This document shows positions 26,175 to 38,966 of a DNA stretch of 64,000 nt, one piece after another. Under the pieces are notes generated by a model. The model did not search any database, was not told the origin of the DNA, and was given only the letters and a program-made list of their open reading frames with translations. A program made the position numbers and the translations under genes. Positions within the stretch are counted from its first letter, which is position 1; the number at the start of each line of letters is the position of its first letter. This DNA is from Utricularia gibba (Eukaryota > Plantae > Magnoliophyta): positions 1,674,001 to 1,738,000 of the forward strand of contig NEEC01000018.1 of NCBI GenBank assembly GCA_002189035.1. Reading direction: 5' to 3'.

Positions 26175-29100
26175 TGACCCTTATGTTTGATGAGAAGTTA
26201 TATCAATTGACTTCCTCACTTGTTCTTCAATCCGGGAATGTTCTAAGAAATTGCAGAAGCAGTATCCCCCCTTACGGTTTGAAGATTGCAAATTACTGAT
26301 ACTATCAACTATCCATTCGAAATGTTGAAGTATAAAAGACAGCTGCTCAAAAGCATTAATCTTGAATGCATGTCTCCAATTACCCAGACATCAATCAGAA
26401 TCCTTGATATGTCCTGCTGCATATGGGACAAGGTAACAGCGTTTTATTTTTAAACAAAGGAGCGCTTGCAGTGGAATGCTACTTCTATGTTAAGATGCTC
26501 TACAGAAAACAGCCTTTCAGCTTGCGGATTTAAGGCAATAATTGACGTTACCCTAAATTGAGCGAACAAATTTCCTGAAGGTTTTTTGTGGTGATTGACG
26601 CCAGACTCAATCAAGCAAAAAAGAGTTGCTGAATATCTGTTGAAGACCTGGTTCAGATTTCAGAAACGGCATAAGCAAGTCATAACAATATTTTCAGAGA
26701 AGCTTATCAAGTTCAATTAGAGTCTAAAAAACGAATTTTCCAACTGAAAATGCTCCTAAGAAGCAGCCAAATGCAAGTAAAACTTAATAATCTCTAGAAC
26801 TGGAAATAAAACTTTGGAGAACTGTAGAGATATAATAATCTCTCTACTTTGAAAAATCATCTCTGGGATGTATAAAAGAAAAGTTCTTGAAAACCTACTT
26901 CACAAAAAGAGCTCAATGTTAAAACAACTTAAACAACAGGAATCCAAATCATTGAGTATAAAAGTCATCAATTTACAGCAACGAAAACTTAGTCATTTTC
27001 CCCTACTCCAGTGACGCACCAGATAATCCTCCTCAGAGTCAAAACACTACCCCAACAATAAGACTCGAGGTGTAGCGGGGGTTTCCGTCGAGTGCTTTCA
27101 GAGTTGTGCCCTAGTAAAAAAAAGCATGAAGATCAAAGAAAGATTTCTTTTTGTATTGAAATACAAAAAAAAAAAAAACCTGTCAGAAGCACAAAACACT
27201 CAAATGTAGGAAAAGCAGCCACTTTCAGAAGTGAAACAAGTGACAGTTCATGGGCACGAGGAGATCACTATCCTGATCCCCATTCTGTAAATAATTCGAA
27301 AAAGGAAAACAATGCCCTGGAATCTAGCATGAAAGAGCTGCAGTAATTCTCCTCCATTTTGCTCCCTCGTCCCTTTCCCCACTATAAACTTCCCCTTCCC
27401 CAAAATGGGTACATTTCAGTTCCTTTATTAACTCAAAACTCATAAAATTCTCCAGAAAATGCACCCAACTTCTCAAGAACGAAAAATGTTCAAATACAGG
27501 GTAAACGGACCATACCTTCCGTACCCATTACCCTACACATCGAAAAAGAAGCCAATAGGAAGAACAAGTTAACAAACCCAATCACAACAGCGAACTCACT
27601 GATACTACCAGTCACTACATTGAAATGAAGTGATGAAATCCAGGGTTCCAGACCACCAAAAAAACCCGAATGGCGCAACAACAGTTCCTCAAAAAGCACC
27701 AGCCGCCGAAGACGCGTCCCCAAACCCGTCACGGCGGCGATCGGCAACGGAAGTCGAGAGAAGAAACCGAACAAAGAGGAGAAATTCAATTATGAAGCGC
27801 TGCGGGCTTCGGGCAAATGAATTGAATCACACTTATGGGGACGTTATGGTCAAGGGGTAAATTAGGAAACAATTAATCATTTGTCTTATGTTAGTTGGGA
27901 TTTGCCACCGCCATTAAATAAACCCTCTCATTAACTCCGCCAACCTCAAATAAAGGCGACATTAAATATATATTAATCATATCCATTATTTTCATAATTA
28001 ATCATTCTTAATTTAATTATGCATCAAAATATTCGAATTTTCCAACATAAAAATATTATCATATTTACCCACTAGATTCCTCATTGAGAACGACTCGGTG
28101 GGCCCCAATTCCTAATCACTTTCATTTTAGTTATTAATAGCATTTAAATAACCAGATTTGATGACCTCCCAAATATGGAAACCCGATGGAAGTAGATTCC
28201 ACTATTCACATTCATTAATAAATATCATATTATTAAAATTAAATATTTATTTAATTCAAATATATATGATTCAAGTTCATCTTGTATCATAATATGTATT
28301 TCGAATATTTAATTCTCATGATTTCATATTACATAATCAATATGAAATACACTTATCATCTTATATATTTAATAGATGTGTCTAGAATATATCATGTATA
28401 ATAATTAATAGTAAAAGATTTAATTTTATTCATAATATTTATTAAACATTGATTGTTTAATGTAATGCACTTAGAATATGTGTTTTGAAATATTAGTTTA
28501 GAGTGTTTTATCATTGTATTACGAAATACTCGTATATGGAAAATATATTTATTTAAATATATATTTATATAGATATTTAAATACTTAAGTTTGTATAAAA
28601 GTATGTCAAAAGTGTCAAAAAATAAAAAATGTAGAAATGCACATTTGAAGTTATTTTATTGAAATGGTACCAAACATGCATTTTCGAATTATCATGACGA
28701 ACGTATATTCCAAAATATTTACTTGATAGCATGCATTATATGTTGATCTTCATGTAGATTGTTGGTGAAATTATGAAATTATTCATAATTTTTGTATGCT
28801 TTTTTTATAAAAAAAAAACATATATATAGATTTGAATTGTGGATATCATTGAATTTAATTAATATGAGGGTAAAACGGTCATTGTGCACTTGCGGTCCGT
28901 TTTTCCCTCCAAAACAGCAAACGCAAGGGTTATGCGATCTACGCGTGGGACCCACAAGGCCGGTATTTTCGGGTTCGTCCCTGGGGTCTTCGTAGTCAGC
29001 GACGCTTGCGTGGCAGACCTGTGGATGAGTATGACTTCTGGGGGTATATTTGTAAATGAACGAGAGGAAGTTTCCGTTCATAACAGAAATGGCTGAGCAA

Positions 29101-29637
29101 ATAAATGAAATTGGAAACCCAACGAACCCGAAAAAGCTGTGATTTTTGGGTGGGAACTTTGGAATGGAGGCCGATGGGGTGAGTTTCTGCTCGCTTGTGC
29201 GTGGGTGATTTTTTGGTTCCCGATATTTTTTTCTGTTTGTGGGTTTTTGGTTGAAGTGCGATACCCTGCTGTACCTCAGTATCATTTCCAGTGGTGGTTG
29301 GGCGCCATTGGGTAGTTGGTTCCTTGTTCTTGATTATGTGATCTTTTTTATGATGGGTTTATTCCGGGAAGTGTCTAGGTGTGGTTGTGTGGAGGATGGT
29401 TTAGCTGCTGACTGAATTTCAATTTTGTTGGTTGGTTTTGTGAAGATTTTCTCAACTCCGGATGAGAGTTTTATGGGTTTGCTGCCTCATCTATGTTGCA
29501 TTGGTTTATGTGTTACCTAAAAAGTTGATCTTTTTGAGAGTTTCCTTCACACATTCTGGATGTACGTCATTTTGTTAATGCTTGATTCAAATATGAGTTG
29601 TAGATAATATGATGTTTTCATTGTGGTTATTCACGAT

Positions 29638-31410
29638 ATGCAGAACTTAACGGCCTTGAAGAAGGCATATGCTGATGTGATGTTGAGAATAACTAAGGAG
29701 GCCGCGGCCAGGGTTATGGCTTCAGAGAGGAATTCAATAAAATATCAGCATGATCTTAAGGTGGCGAAAGAGGAAGGGGTGCGGATGCTCCTACGCCTCA
29801 AACACATGACGGATGCGCAGGTGAAAGATGAAAGATCCAAGCTTTTTCTTTTAATGTAGTCCGTCTTTTAGATGCTCCTTTAGACTTTCTCCTGTGCATG
29901 GTTTGTTTTCCATCTTCATCTATTAGTTGTTCTGATGGTTAAGGTCCAGTGCACATATATGCTGAGGTATGGATGCTGCTCTGTGTATTATTGAAACAGT
30001 TTTAGTTTACAGTCCTATTGTTCTGTACCTGAGACGTTCTTTTGTCCATTCTTCTCTCTTCCAACTCTCCGTACCTAGCCACAAAAACAGAAACTGCTCG
30101 TTAAACTTTAGAATTGTATGGCACACCTCTTGGTCATTTGTATGTGCAGCAGTTTGAGAACACATGTTGTGCATCTACCATTTCGAATTTTGGAATAAAG
30201 AACCATGGGTTTTCCTTTTCCAGCACTGAACTCGTGCATTTTACAGCTCATGGAGGCTGAAGCAGCATCTTCAAGTCAGCAGGACAGGATTGAAGAACTT
30301 GAGACTCAACTTGAAGAGACCAAAAAAATTGTAACAGTTCTTAGACAAGAACTGGAACAAGTCCAGTCTGAGCTTGTTAGAGTAAAAAAAGAGGATCCCT
30401 GTCATGTGAATGGATTCTGCTCGAGGGAACGAGTGAGGGACGATGAGATGCATTCTTGTCAAACTGGAGAACCTGGGTTGTACAGAAAAGGGTGTACTCA
30501 AAGAATCCGTGCATGTGAATGGAATCATTCCAATAGAAATATGTGTCTCTTGGGTAAACCAGATGGGGACTGTAATACTGGAAACCGAAAAGGCGATGAG
30601 ACATCCAAAGCAGTGCCTTCAGGTGCTAAACTTGAAAAGAAACTCTTAGCTAATCCTGGTTTTGTTGGTACTTCTCCATCCTTCCTTTGTAAAAGGAAGA
30701 GAAGTGCTAGACAAAAGTATAGTGCAGTAGGATCAGGTGGGAGCCAATCTGATGATTTATTGAAACCAGAGCGATCAACCAAGGATTCAGCCATCAAAAC
30801 CACTCCATCTTTCGTTAATGTGTATGGTTCAGGACAATTGTTATGTGAAGAATACTCAGAGCGACAGGATCATATTGGAGATGCAGAAGTACAAGAAAGA
30901 AAAGATGAGGAGCATTCTGTTCTTGTGTTGGGACAAAACTGTAAGGGAGCTACGATAAAAATGTCTCCAGAAGCATACACCTTGGATTCCTCACCATCAG
31001 AAGCAGCTCAAGTGTTTACAAGCCAAATAGTAGTCAAATTTACATACCAAAGAAAGCGGAAGAAAGAACTGTCTGAAGAGCTCGAGATGGAACAGAAAAT
31101 TGGATATGCTCAAAGTGATGATAACACTTTCCAACCATCCAAGACGACCACATCAAAGGAATCTCTGCAAGAGCGACGACGACTAGCTCAAGTAGCCCGA
31201 CAGGTAAACTAGCTTCCACCCTTTTGCATCCCCCTCTTTGACAACTCAGTCTGATCATTTTTATCACATTTGGGATCCACACGAAACTCCCAAGCCTCTG
31301 GAATGCCCAGGGAGCTGACTGAGTAGCTCAATTCTTGCTGTCTATGCATCTAATCCTGTTTCAAACTTTTGCAGCTTCTGTCCTTATCGGGGAAGAGGTG
31401 GTGGGACTGA
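29638..31410 (+). CDS. Plant-specific coiled-coil protein of unknown function (At1g19010/At1g74860-like); start codon uncertain
   Basis: Conserved N-terminal block LTALKKAYADVMLRITKEAAARVMASER, a coiled coil (QQDRIEELETQLEE) and C-terminus RRLAQVARQLLSLSGKRWWD*. Exons about 29638-29820, 30247-31203, 31375-31410. Confidence 0.8.
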
Positions 31411-31835
31411 GTGAAACGCCATGAGACGATCGGAAATCTCATCAGGTGAAGACAGGGAGCAGGCTGTTGAAATGCAATGTGTAACAGTTGCTGATAAGTT
31501 GAACTGTGAACATTTTCTCAACCTAATTTATTAGTAATGCTGCTTTTATCTGGGAGTGTAAATTATAATTTAAATTAATAAAATAATTTAATTTAATTTA
31601 TAATTTTTATTTTAAATTATTTTAATGTTCGCAATCAAACACCATAAAAATTATGTGGAGTTGGAGGGTAGATGCGTAATTAGAGCCTCATTCGTTCAAA
31701 TTGGAAGTTGTGACGACTGCCGAGGAATTGTACTTGCCGTTATCCACGAAACGATTACGATTCTCCGCTCCCAAATCTACGACAAAAATTTAGGGTTCCG
31801 CTGTCGATTCGTGCTCGTGTCGCCTCATACCAGTC

Positions 31836-33328
31836 ATGTTTCCTGATTCACTTCCCAAGGCCTCCGTTGCCATGGCTTCATCGAATCCTAGGGATTTCTC
31901 TAAGAGAAAGAGGGCACGTTTTCGTTTTCTTAATGAATTTCTGTTTCCGATTCTTCTTTCTTGTTGATATTGTTTACTCGCTGCGGATTCTCGAAGCGTT
32001 TGGTCATTTCTTTTTAAAATTTTTAACATTTTTCATTTGAATCTTGAGATTTTTTTTGTCCGTTTCGTTGTGCGTTCGCGTGCATGATCGTGCTTTGGTT
32101 CCTTTTTGTTTTTTGCGATCTCATTTATGCAGGCGAGTCGTTTATCGAAGTTGAAGCAGTGCAAACTTGATGCTCGTCGAGAGCAGTGGCTTTCCCAGGG
32201 TATGTTAGAGATCCTATACGCTCTGTCATTTATTTGGTATTCGTGAATCGTTTTAATGGCATGAATTTCCTCTTTTGTATTTGATATTCATTTGAGGCTG
32301 CATTTGCAGTGAGAAATAAGAATGTGGCGAAGGAGGGAGGAACTAAGGGAGTGTCAGGAAGCCAGGGGTCTCCAAATCATTTGGGGAATGGGACTTGTCG
32401 GCCATTGGAAAAGCTGGAAATGGAACCAAGAAGTAAGGATAAGGATACGCCTTCAATGGACAACTGCAGTGATTCGGAGTCGTTTCCCTCCAGCAGCCCA
32501 ACCAGCCACGCTGTTAGCCTATACAGCAGCAATCAACAATCCGTGGTTGTTTTCAATGCAAGTATTAGCAGCAGTCGCAGTAGTACTAGCAGTGAAATTG
32601 ATCCCGTGATACTTTCCTCTCAGTACAACACTAGAGTGGCAAGCATTGGAAATGATTTTTGCAGTGGTCGAAGCAGTAGCAGCAGCAGTAGTGGGTTCTC
32701 TGCAGGAAACGTGAGTGAGGTTGATGAAGAGGATGACGATTGCTTGGATGACTGGGAAGCAGTGGCTGATGCCTTGGGTATATCTGATGAAAAGAAGCAA
32801 GGTTGTTGTCCCAGTGGAGAAATTTGTACTTCAGACAAGGATGATCCGGCAGAAAAAACTGTTCCTCAGATGGATCAAACCGACAAACTCCTTTCAAACG
32901 CGGTTCAGATGGTAGAGGTTACAGCTAACCATAGAGCCGTTGAGAATGGCTGTGCTTGGAGGCCAGATGATGCATTCCGCCCTCAGAGCCTGCCGACTTT
33001 GTCAAAGCAATGTGGCTTAACCATGAACCCTGAGCACACCAATGGCCGCAAACCCACTTATGGGTGCAAGAATGTTTCCCCTGTGATCACTTCTTGTCCA
33101 ATATGCTTCGAAGATTTCGACCACACCGACTCGAACTTTCTGCCCTGCCCATGTGGCTTTAGGATCTGCCTCTTCTGTCACAAGAGAATCATGGAAGAAG
33201 ACGGGCGTTGCCCCGGGTGTAGGAAGCCGTACGAGAGAAAACTGACGGTGGGAGAGCCAGCCGCCGTGAACGGTGGATGCCTGAGGTTCCATGGCGCTCG
33301 CGCCTGGCGCATGCTCACACAGTGCTAG
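31836..33328 (+). CDS. NOT4-type (C4C4) RING finger protein, plant At3g48070/At5g62910/At1g74870-like, 3 exons
   Basis: Exons 31836-31913, 32133-32199, 32310-33328. Motifs KLKQCKLDARREQWLSQ, DDCLDDWEAVADAL, AWRPDDAFRPQSLP and RING CPICFEDFDHTDSNFLPCPCGFRICLFCHKRIMEEDGRCPGCRKPY. Confidence 0.9.
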
Positions 33329-34099
33329 ACCGTGGGTTGCCTTTCCCGCTCCATCCCTCCGCTCCTTTTGTAAATGACAAGCAAAGTAGCCAGCGGACGA
33401 AGACAACTTCTGCGGTCTACAACTGGAGATTGATTATCACCTTCGACATTCTACAAGTAACCGTCTTCTTTTGATTTGTATTTTCGATTCTAACGCATAA
33501 TTCCTCGCTGTTTAAATTTCCTCCAAAGATCTTCTCAGCGTCATGGAGCATAAGGTTAGAGGATTGTCATGGGGATTCGTTGCAGGGTAGTTCTATCAAC
33601 TTAAGGGGATGAGAAAGAATGGATTTTTTAATAGCATTATTGTAAGTCTAGGCCTAGGCATATTAAAAATGTTAGGATTAGTGGCGTAACAAATTGTGAA
33701 TCATTTATATGAAGTTTCTAATTTTGACAATTCAACCATCATTTAAATTAGAATTTAATTCAATTTTTATTAGGATTGAGGTGGTGAAAAGGAAGACATT
33801 TATGGTAATAAATTTGCAGACGGTGATAAAAAGAGTATTATAAATGACTACGTTGGAGAAATTTATTAAGAAAAAGAAAACACGGCTGCCCACGCAATTC
33901 GAGGATTTTGAAATAGTTGTTGGACACGTGTGGATATCTTATTGGTTGAACAAGCTAATAAAATTAGCCAACTATCTCTTACTAAGTCGTCTTGCTCGAT
34001 TCGAAGAGAGGGAGTGGGGGAGGAATCTGCTCTTCCCTGTAAACCTCGAGTCGTCCGTCTACGCTCTCTCTCAGATCGGATCCTCATCTGCTCTTGGAA

Positions 34100-35094
34100 A
34101 TGGCGTCCGCTAGCCGCTGGTTGAGGCCTGAGGTTTGTCGAGTGTTCACTGTTTTGTTTTCTGCTTCTTAGCTCGCAGATCCGGATCGGTTTCTGTTGGT
34201 GTTGTTCTTTTATTTTTTTATTCGTTCTGAGGGCTGTGATGATGGTTTATAAGTGGATCTGTTGTTTGTGCAGGCGTACCCGCTGTTTGCAGCTACGGGC
34301 GTTGCCTTGGGGATCTGTGCGTTTCAGCTGGTTCGTAATATCACGATTAACCCTGAAGTCCGGTAGATGTCCCTCCTTCTCTTCGTATTATCGTTTGCTG
34401 GTGTTTAGAGGTTGAATTAGCGTTCTACTCAACTGGTTCTGGAGTCTGGAAGGGGTAGAACTAATCTCCTTAGCCTACGGGCGGAAAGTTTTCTTCTTTG
34501 TTTCAAGAATCACCTGCTATGATTCTTTCTTTTTTCTTAAGAAAGGCCCTTCCTTGTTGCCTTCTAAACATTTATTTATCCATATCTAGAAACTGAATAC
34601 TATTTGTGCTGATTTTTTCCCCCTGATCCTTACATAATTCAGATAAACTTTCTGTGGAAGGATTTATGGGATTTCACTCTGGAGGTGGGGTGGGGTGGGG
34701 TGGGGTGGGCCTTGATACAATTTCTGTGAGACCCTACCCTGTGCGATGCAATAGACTAGGTAGAAAAGGGTGTTGCTTGATGCAGAGCAATAGTCTTAGT
34801 AACCTTGTTTGGCCCTTGCCTGGTTTATCCATGTTGTTGTAATACACACTTGGGGCTGAGACTGTTGACCTATCCAACACTCTGAAGGTAGACGGCTAGC
34901 TAGTAGTGATAGATACGTAATCCCCGTTCATTTTTCACAGGGTGAGCAAGCAAGGCAGAGCTGCTGGTGTGCTGGAGAATTTCGATGAGGGGTTCAAGTA
35001 CAAGGAGCATTTCCTGAGGAAGTTCGTCCAAAACAGGAAACCTGAGATCATGCCAACTCTCAATAGCTTCTTCAGTGATCCTGCAAAGAACTAA
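34100..35094 (+). CDS. B12D: B12D protein (NDUFA4/MLRQ-like small mitochondrial membrane protein), 3 exons
   Basis: Spliced product MASASRWLRPE|AYPLFAATGVALGICAFQLVRNITINPEVR|VSKQGRAAGVLENFDEGFKYKEHFLRKFVQNRKPEIMPTLNSFFSDPAKN*. Too small per exon to appear in the ORF track. Confidence 0.93.
34687..34709 (+). repeat. (GGGGT)4GGG G-quadruplex-forming repeat in B12D intron 2
   Basis: ggggtggggtggggtggggtggg read directly. Confidence 0.8.
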
Positions 35095-35157
35095 TCATCC
35101 CTACCCAAACTTGATCAGATTTTCAATTGTCTGACTTGTGAAATTTCCATTCCAAGC

Positions 35158-35199
35158 TGTTAAGACTTAAGCCCTGGTTGTTAAGACTTAAGCCCTGGT
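35158..35199. repeat. Perfect 21-bp tandem duplication in the B12D 3'UTR
   Basis: tgttaagacttaagccctggt x2 (35158-35178, 35179-35199). Confidence 0.9.
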
Positions 35200-35615
35200 G
35201 ATCCCTGGGTTGATCTGTAACAGTCGTATGCTTCGTCCTGAATAACATTCTCCCAGGAAACCGCATCCTGTTGTGTTATCTTCCAAATCCATTGTTAAAA
35301 TCCTAAGATCAGGTGCTTATGGTGGTACGAGTCTCAGTCTCAATCCGAGAGTCTGTTTTTCTCTGGAAACTCCTACCCTACTACACCTCTCCACCGCAAC
35401 GGAGCAATTCCATGGCGATCGGGATTCTCGGGCCATTTCATCGGCGTTTGGGTTTCTGTTCATACTGAACAGATGAACAACCCACCTACCATATGCTCCT
35501 ATGGAACCGCCTCTGCTTCAGACAAGGAGGATCATTCCGCCGGCGGCGGGAGTTGACGTAACTCCGGTTCCCGGCGTCGGCCTCAGGGGCCCTCGTGCTC
35601 ATCTCTCTCCCAGAA

Positions 35616-35777
35616 CACGTGGAAGCTTTTGACTGGAAATGAGCCTGGGCCATTCGTATCAGACCTTTGGGCTTAAACTTCCTTTACAAAATTGCAAATC
35701 CAGCTCAATAGGTCGTCGCAGTTTGTATATTTTGCATGAATGGGCCTGTAAAAAGGTTTTTTTTATCAATTGGCCCA
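35616..35777. promoter_or_regulatory. G-box plus four site II elements upstream of PDH E1-alpha
   Basis: CACGTG at 35616-35621. TGGGCC at 35646, TGGGCT at 35668, TGGGCC at 35741, GGCCCA at 35772. Confidence 0.6.
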
Positions 35778-36015
35778 AACCGTCTATCGCCAGTTGGTTG
35801 GTTATTCGGTTACTTGCATAGTCTGTCGATGAAAGAAGGGAATTAGGAGCTGTCAGCACAGTTGTTTATGAGGGTGGTGCTTTGAGTTCCCATCTTCTTT
35901 GTAGACTCCGCCGCTTCTCTCTCCGTCTCCATTCTTCTCCCATTTCTTCCTTTTCGTTGTCGGGATTAATCCCTGAAGCAAACACTCGCATTCGGCTGTT
36001 CAATTCCTGAAGAGA

Positions 36016-37675
36016 ATGGCCACCACCAAAATCAGCGTCATTCCTTTGTTGATGAGCTCCCCCAGATCCGCGGAGAAGTCTGATTCTTGCTCCAGAACAT
36101 TGAACCCATCTTCTTTTTTGGGGTCTGAGTCCTTCTACAAGAAACATGCCCTCGCTAACAAGACACCTACGCTCCGCAGCCGCCGATCTGCCTCTGTTTC
36201 TGCCGTTGCCTCGGATGTCGTCCAGAAGAAGAAGAAGCACACTGCCGATCCTGCGACGTCCAATTTGGTACTTTTTCCTTCCGACCGGTTTAGTTGCGGG
36301 CGATCTTGTTCTAATTTTTAGTGTTGGCGTGATTCAGTTTTCAAACAAAAGTTGGTGTTGTTTGCCTCTTGTTCGAGGAGATTTTGTTCTGATTCTCCTG
36401 GTGAATGTGATTCAGATGCTGCAGTGTTTGATTTTGAGAAAGGTGTGAAGGTTTTTAAACAATTAGTGTTCATCTTTGTGGTAAGTAAAAGCTTTTTGCA
36501 TGCAGTTGATTACTAAGGAAGAGGGGTTGGAAGTGTATGAAGACATGGTTTTGGGGAGGGCCTTTGAGGATAAGTGTGCTGAGATGTATTACCGTGGAAA
36601 AATGTTCGGATTTGTCCATTTGTACAATGGGCAAGAGGCTGTATCCACTGGCTTCATCAAACTGTTGACTAACGGAGATTCAGTGGTTAGCACATACCGT
36701 GATCATGTTCACGCATTGAGCAAAGGTGTACCTGCTCGCCAGGTTATGAGTGAGCTCTTTGGCAAAACCACCGGCTGCTGCCGAGGCCAGGGTGGGTCAA
36801 TGCACATGTTCTCCAAGGAGCACAACGTTCTGGGAGGCTTCGCTTTCATCGGTGAAGGCATCCCTGTTGCTACAGGGGCTGCTTTCTCGAGCAAATACAG
36901 AAGAGAAGTATTGAAGCAAGATTGTGATGATGTGACAGTAGCATTTTTCGGGGATGGAACTTGCAACAATGGCCAGTTCTTCGAGTGCCTGAACATGGCT
37001 GCATTGTGGAAGCTTCCCATCATCTTTGTTGTTGAGAACAATCTATGGGCAATAGGAATGTCCCATTTGAGGGCCACCTCAGATCCAGAAATTTGGAAAA
37101 AAGGTCCAGCCTTTGGGATGCCTGGTATCCATGTAGATGGTATGGATGTATTGAAGGTGAGGGAAGTTGCCAAGGAGGCTATCACAAGGGCGAGAAGGGG
37201 AGAAGGACCAACTCTGGTTGAATGTGAAACCTATAGATTCAGAGGACACTCCTTGGCTGATCCAGATGAGCTTCGTGACCCTGGTATGATTAATTCACAT
37301 TCTGAAAGCCTGATGTAGTTTCCATTTTTTGTGATTGATTCCCTGCTATGTGCACACTGATGGATGAGCATTTAACCAACATCATTTACCATGACAGCTG
37401 AGAAAGCTCACTATGCGAAGAGAGACCCCATCACAGCATTGAAGAAATATCTAATCGAAAACAACTTAGCCAGTGAAGCAGAGCTGAAGTCAATCTCCAA
37501 GAAGGTGGATGAGATTGTGGAAGATGCCGTCGAATTCGCAGACGGAAGCCCCGTCCCACCTCGAAGTCAGCTGCTGGAGAACGTATTTGCTGATCCCAGA
37601 GGATTTGGAATAGGACCCGATGGCAAGTACAGATGTGAGGACCCCAAATTCACTCAAGGCACTGCTCAGGTCTAA
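36016..37675 (+). CDS. PDH-E1 alpha: Plastid pyruvate dehydrogenase E1 alpha subunit, 3 exons
   Basis: Exon 1 (36016-36267) is transit-peptide-like. Exon 2 (36506-37283) has [21 protein letters not shown], the TPP motif [11 protein letters not shown] and [15 protein letters not shown]. Exon 3 is 37398-37675. Confidence 0.96.
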
Positions 37676-38575
37676 TCTCTCTGCTTTCAGCAACTAGTGT
37701 GTTTTACTCATAGAACAATAAGACGTCTGTGCGTTTCTTGAATTTGGGTTCATATGATTGCTTTTTTACTTGAATATGGAATCAAAATCTCCCCTTATTT
37801 TCCTTGAGCACTGTAAATGTTGATGATGAATTGAATCCTCTTTCAAATATACAACTTACATGCTCACAATCCAATAACATATTTTTTAAAGCCGTATAAA
37901 TCAAGGAATGCAACACGAGTATTTTCTAGAAGATCATTCATTTTAATATTACTCTCATCCAAGCATGCTTAATTTCGAAGTTTTGATGAAATTTGATATA
38001 TTAGTGTTAATATGATCGTACTCGAATGATGTTGCACGATCAAGTAAACCATATGTCATGCTCTTTGTCCAGTAAACATGATCCATGTGACATATAGTAT
38101 ATCGTTTCGAAGCTCTCTATGAATCCAACACACAAAAAACTGCTTGGACGATCATACGATGATGTTACGAAACTCAAAATGCACTCATAATGGGGATGAT
38201 GCGCAACAGCAACACATCGTGTCGAAAACGTAAATGTTGTCATTAGCGAACGCTACGTTAATGCGAAGGAGACCACAAGGTATGCGAGACATGCTGTCAA
38301 CTAGAAATTGCAAAAATATATGTAAAATTAAATTATATTGATTATTTAATGAATAATAATATTTTATATATTCAATTATTTAATTTTAATTTTTTATGTG
38401 AAATAATTTATTTTAATATTAAGAAAACCTTGCAATTTTGAATTGTAAGCCACACCCACGAATGATGTACGGTTTTTTTAGAATCGTAACACACTGATGT
38501 ACACAAAAAATATAAATAGAAAAATGATGTGATTAAATATTTAGCATTTAAACATAGCATTTATTTTTATTGTTT

Positions 38576-38672
38576 TGGGCCTGCTAATGGAATGTTGTTG
38601 TGGGCTGAGCCCATTACAGAACCCAATAAAGGGGCCTCCTCTGGATGGAAGAGTTCTATCGCGCTAGGGTTT
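38576..38672. promoter_or_regulatory. Site II plus telo-box module typical of translation-machinery genes (eIF3c promoter)
   Basis: TGGGCC at 38576, TGGGCT at 38601, AGCCCA at 38608, telo-box TAGGGTTT at 38665-38672. Confidence 0.7.
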
Positions 38673-38966
38673 CTTCTTGTTGCTCATCAGTCTCTTCCCT
38701 CGGATTTCATTCAGGTTTCAGTCTCACGCGGATCTTGTTCAGTATTTTGTTTTTCCGATTTCTGTTCGCGATATTGTTCTATTTTCTAAGGGCTCCGTTG
38801 GTAGATTTCTGGTACCTCGTGTCCCTTGTTTTGATTCAAGTTCCCGCAGACGTTTCTTTTGGTCTTTGACGCAGAATTCTTTATGTTTTTTGGCACTACT
38901 AATCTGCGGCATCTAACTTTATCATTATCATAGGAGGAGTTTGGTTGATTCAAATTTGCTGCAACA

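Noticed and set aside
34113-34124. Hypoxia-responsive promoter element-like GCCGCTGGTT in B12D
   Set aside because: Imperfect match lying inside the coding sequence (Ser-Arg-Trp), so it is explained by coding constraint.
37900-38330. Moderately GC-rich spacer with TGATG repeats (C/D snoRNA or SWIM-domain relic)
   Set aside because: No full RUGAUGA/CUGA box pairs with terminal stems or rRNA guides, and the protein resemblance covers only a few residues.
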